Positions 61,987 to 64,000 of a DNA stretch of 64,000 nt are shown here, piece by piece. Source of the stretch: Oopsacas minuta (Eukaryota > Animalia > Porifera); the NCBI GenBank assembly GCA_024704765.1, contig JAKMXF010000318.1, forward strand, positions 1-64,000, written 5' to 3'. The position numbers were made by a program, and so were the translations under genes. Below the pieces are notes generated by a model that saw only the letters and a list, made by a program, of their open reading frames with translations, was not told where the DNA came from and searched no databases. Every line of letters begins with the position of its first letter. The stretch's first letter is position 1.

Positions 61987-63903
61987 ATGATGAACATTGA
62001 TTTTTCTAGATTACTCCCTACCTTGCTTATCGGCTTATTTACTTTGAACTGTGCATTTAGCTCGGAAATAAATAGTAATATTTCAAATACAAGTAACATT
62101 TCAGATACAAACAACACGCTCCATGGCAACAAACCATTCTGGGAGGAATGTGAACTAGAATCTGGAATGCTAGGACCACTTTTCGCTATTATATACTTCA
62201 TTCTTGTCGTGATAGTATTCGTGGGATTGGCATTAGTTTGTGATGATTATTTTGTACCATCACTAGAAGCACTGTCTAACATGCTAAATCTATCGGAGGA
62301 CGTAGCAGGAGCTACTCTTATGGCCGCGGGCTCGTCCGCACCGGAATTATTCACTTCATTAGCCGCGACTGGTGTTACAAGCGATGTTGGGATAGGTACG
62401 ATTGTTGGAAGTGCAGTTTTCAACATTTTGATTATTATCTCACTAAGTGCATTGTTTTCTGGACAAAAGTTTGCGATGCAACTTGATTGGAGGCCGTTTG
62501 CCAGAGATTGTATTTTCTATGGATTCTCAATCATAATATTCATAAGTTTCAGTTGGGATGGCCTGTTCACAATATACGAGGCAATCCTCATGCTCTCACT
62601 GTACATGAGTTACATTGCATTGATGTTTGTGAATAAATGGCTAATGCTTGGCTTGGCATGGTTAGCAAATTTTGTGAGAGAAATACCAACATTTTGCAAA
62701 CGAATGAAAAAACCTAAAAATACTGTAGCCCCGGAGGGGCCCTTTGCTAATGAGGAGAATGATACTCAAATGCAGGCAGTACTAAACAATGTGTCAAAAG
62801 TCGCGGAACATGTAGCTATACAAGTGAAAATGAGCAGTAGTTCTATAAGCGAGTCACTGAAAGACTATCAATCAAAACGAAATACTAAACGGAAATTCAC
62901 TCACCATTCAACCAACTTTTTCCATGCACCAAGTGAAACTAGAGGTTCTCTTATAAGAAGACATGGTTCTCATATAAGCATTATACAAGTAAGCAAAGAT
63001 CACCATAAGTCGGAGAGCAGGACAAATCTAAAGCATTTAGCAGTACATGAATCTCATACAGCTGGTTATAAAGAAGATCAGGCGATTCAAATGGATGTGA
63101 TTGGTGTGAAGACAGCAATAGAACATAGTATATGTGAAACAATGAATGATGACGTCAATAGTATTACAACAAATAACATGCCTAACGACACAGAGGACGA
63201 ATTGGAATCTCTCCCACCCATTATAGAGGGACCGCCAAGTTTTAGTGATGCACGCAAAAATGGTATAAAAGGCTGGATCATGTACGTGATAAGATGGATA
63301 ATCTATGTACCGTCTCTACCGTTCTCAGTAGTGTTCGCATACACAATACCCAATTCACATTATCATCGTGAATGGTATATGGTGATTGGAGGATTCATAA
63401 TGTCAATTATCTGGATTGGAATTCTAAGTTTCATAACAGTTATTCTTGTAGGTAGATCTGGTTGTATTCTAGGTATAAACCATTTCACTATGGGACTGGT
63501 GATAGTCGCGAGTGGAACAAGCATTCCTGATGCACTCAGCTCGCTTTTGGTTGCTAGGGACGGATATGGAGATATGGCAATTTCGAATGCAATAGGATCT
63601 AACATATTCGATTTGGACCTAGGCCTAGGATTACCGTTTTTAGTTGGTATCATCCTAAACGGCTTTCAACCTATACAATTATACACATGGCCTGAGGGCA
63701 TAGCAAGATCGAGCATACCATTATTACCACACCCAAAATTCGGTTTTATTCTTCTACTTATTCTATTCGTCATTATAATCGGTTTTGCTGCGACAAAATT
63801 CAAACTTCGCAAAATCTTAGGTATTGTATTTGTGGGTATGTATCTGTTGTTCGTGACATATGCGATGATACAGGAGTTTGTCTGCAATGGATATATGTGT
63901 TGA
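61987..63903 (+). CDS. SLC24: K+-dependent Na+/Ca2+ exchanger (NCKX), intronless
   Basis: Signal peptide; alpha-1 repeat GATLMAAGSSAPELFTS; alpha-2 repeat ASGTSIPDALSS..AISNAIGSNIFD. The Asp of SIPD linked to K+ dependence in NCKX2 is retained. Confidence 0.93.
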   Translation: MMNIDFSRLLPTLLIGLFTLNCAFSSEINSNISNTSNISDTNNTLHGNKPFWEECELESGMLGPLFAIIYFILVVIVFVGLALVCDDYFVPSLEALSNMLNLSEDVAGATLMAAGSSAPELFTSLAATGVTSDVGIGTIVGSAVFNILIIISLSALFSGQKFAMQLDWRPFARDCIFYGFSIIIFISFSWDGLFTIYEAILMLSLYMSYIALMFVNKWLMLGLAWLANFVREIPTFCKRMKKPKNTVAPEGPFANEENDTQMQAVLNNVSKVAEHVAIQVKMSSSSISESLKDYQSKRNTKRKFTHHSTNFFHAPSETRGSLIRRHGSHISIIQVSKDHHKSESRTNLKHLAVHESHTAGYKEDQAIQMDVIGVKTAIEHSICETMNDDVNSITTNNMPNDTEDELESLPPIIEGPPSFSDARKNGIKGWIMYVIRWIIYVPSLPFSVVFAYTIPNSHYHREWYMVIGGFIMSIIWIGILSFITVILVGRSGCILGINHFTMGLVIVASGTSIPDALSSLLVARDGYGDMAISNAIGSNIFDLDLGLGLPFLVGIILNGFQPIQLYTWPEGIARSSIPLLPHPKFGFILLLILFVIIIGFAATKFKLRKILGIVFVGMYLLFVTYAMIQEFVCNGYMC

Positions 63904-64000
63904 AAGGACAAAAATTCAGCGAGGGAAATAGAGATCTTTATTGTTGATTACAACTCGATGTTATTATTATTACTTATTGTATCTTGTACTTGTATTGCTT

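Noticed and set aside
2811-63911. Many 60-140 aa ORFs antisense to or overlapping real genes (for example 2811..3017, 15501..15788, 22692..22985, 29309..29560, 35800..36051, 38902..39333, 58601..58927, 63363..63653)
   Set aside because: Shadow ORFs with no recognisable motifs, as expected opposite long coding exons.
1-64000. CRISPR arrays, prokaryotic operons or defence systems, tRNA and rRNA genes
   Set aside because: The DNA is spliced eukaryotic sequence. The only long regular repeats are coding Ig units, and I saw no repeat-spacer array or tRNA cloverleaf. Track starts at TTG, CTG or GTG come from a bacterial-style ORF caller.

Overview
This is eukaryotic, AT-rich, gene-dense DNA with few and mostly short introns. 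It has about 22 protein genes, many of them intronless, and GT-AG splicing that I could rebuild by hand. The gene set and style suggest an early-branching animal, plausibly a glass sponge such as Oopsacas; that is inference only. From left to right: a receptor tyrosine phosphatase, truncated at the window edge, with a tandem Ig array; a CRIM1-like 8-exon gene with RNASEH2B nested antisense in intron 3; a 3-exon gene joining a degenerate kinesin motor domain, a DEP domain and ankyrin repeats; ANP32-like; an NHL-repeat protein; PIP4K2; NDUFA1; an orphan ORF; a peroxisomal enoyl-CoA isomerase ending in -SKL; HPRT; ferritin with a 5' iron-responsive element; a coiled-coil orphan; GOT2; a PPR-like protein; three tandem UBE2D-like E2s that all have Ser at the catalytic Cys position; a CaMKII gene with one N-lobe and two alternative terminal exons; a propeller protein; intronless IQGAP; TRMT11; and SLC24/NCKX. 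TA-flanked MITEs are scattered between and within genes. The three best novelty candidates are (1) the CaMKII locus, apparently encoding both a DFG-intact and a DFG-dead (NFA) subunit with complementary regulatory segments, (2) the Cys-to-Ser E2 triplet, and (3) the pseudo-kinesin-DEP-ankyrin protein. I found no tRNA, rRNA or CRISPR array. All gene models were built by eye and none was checked against a database.
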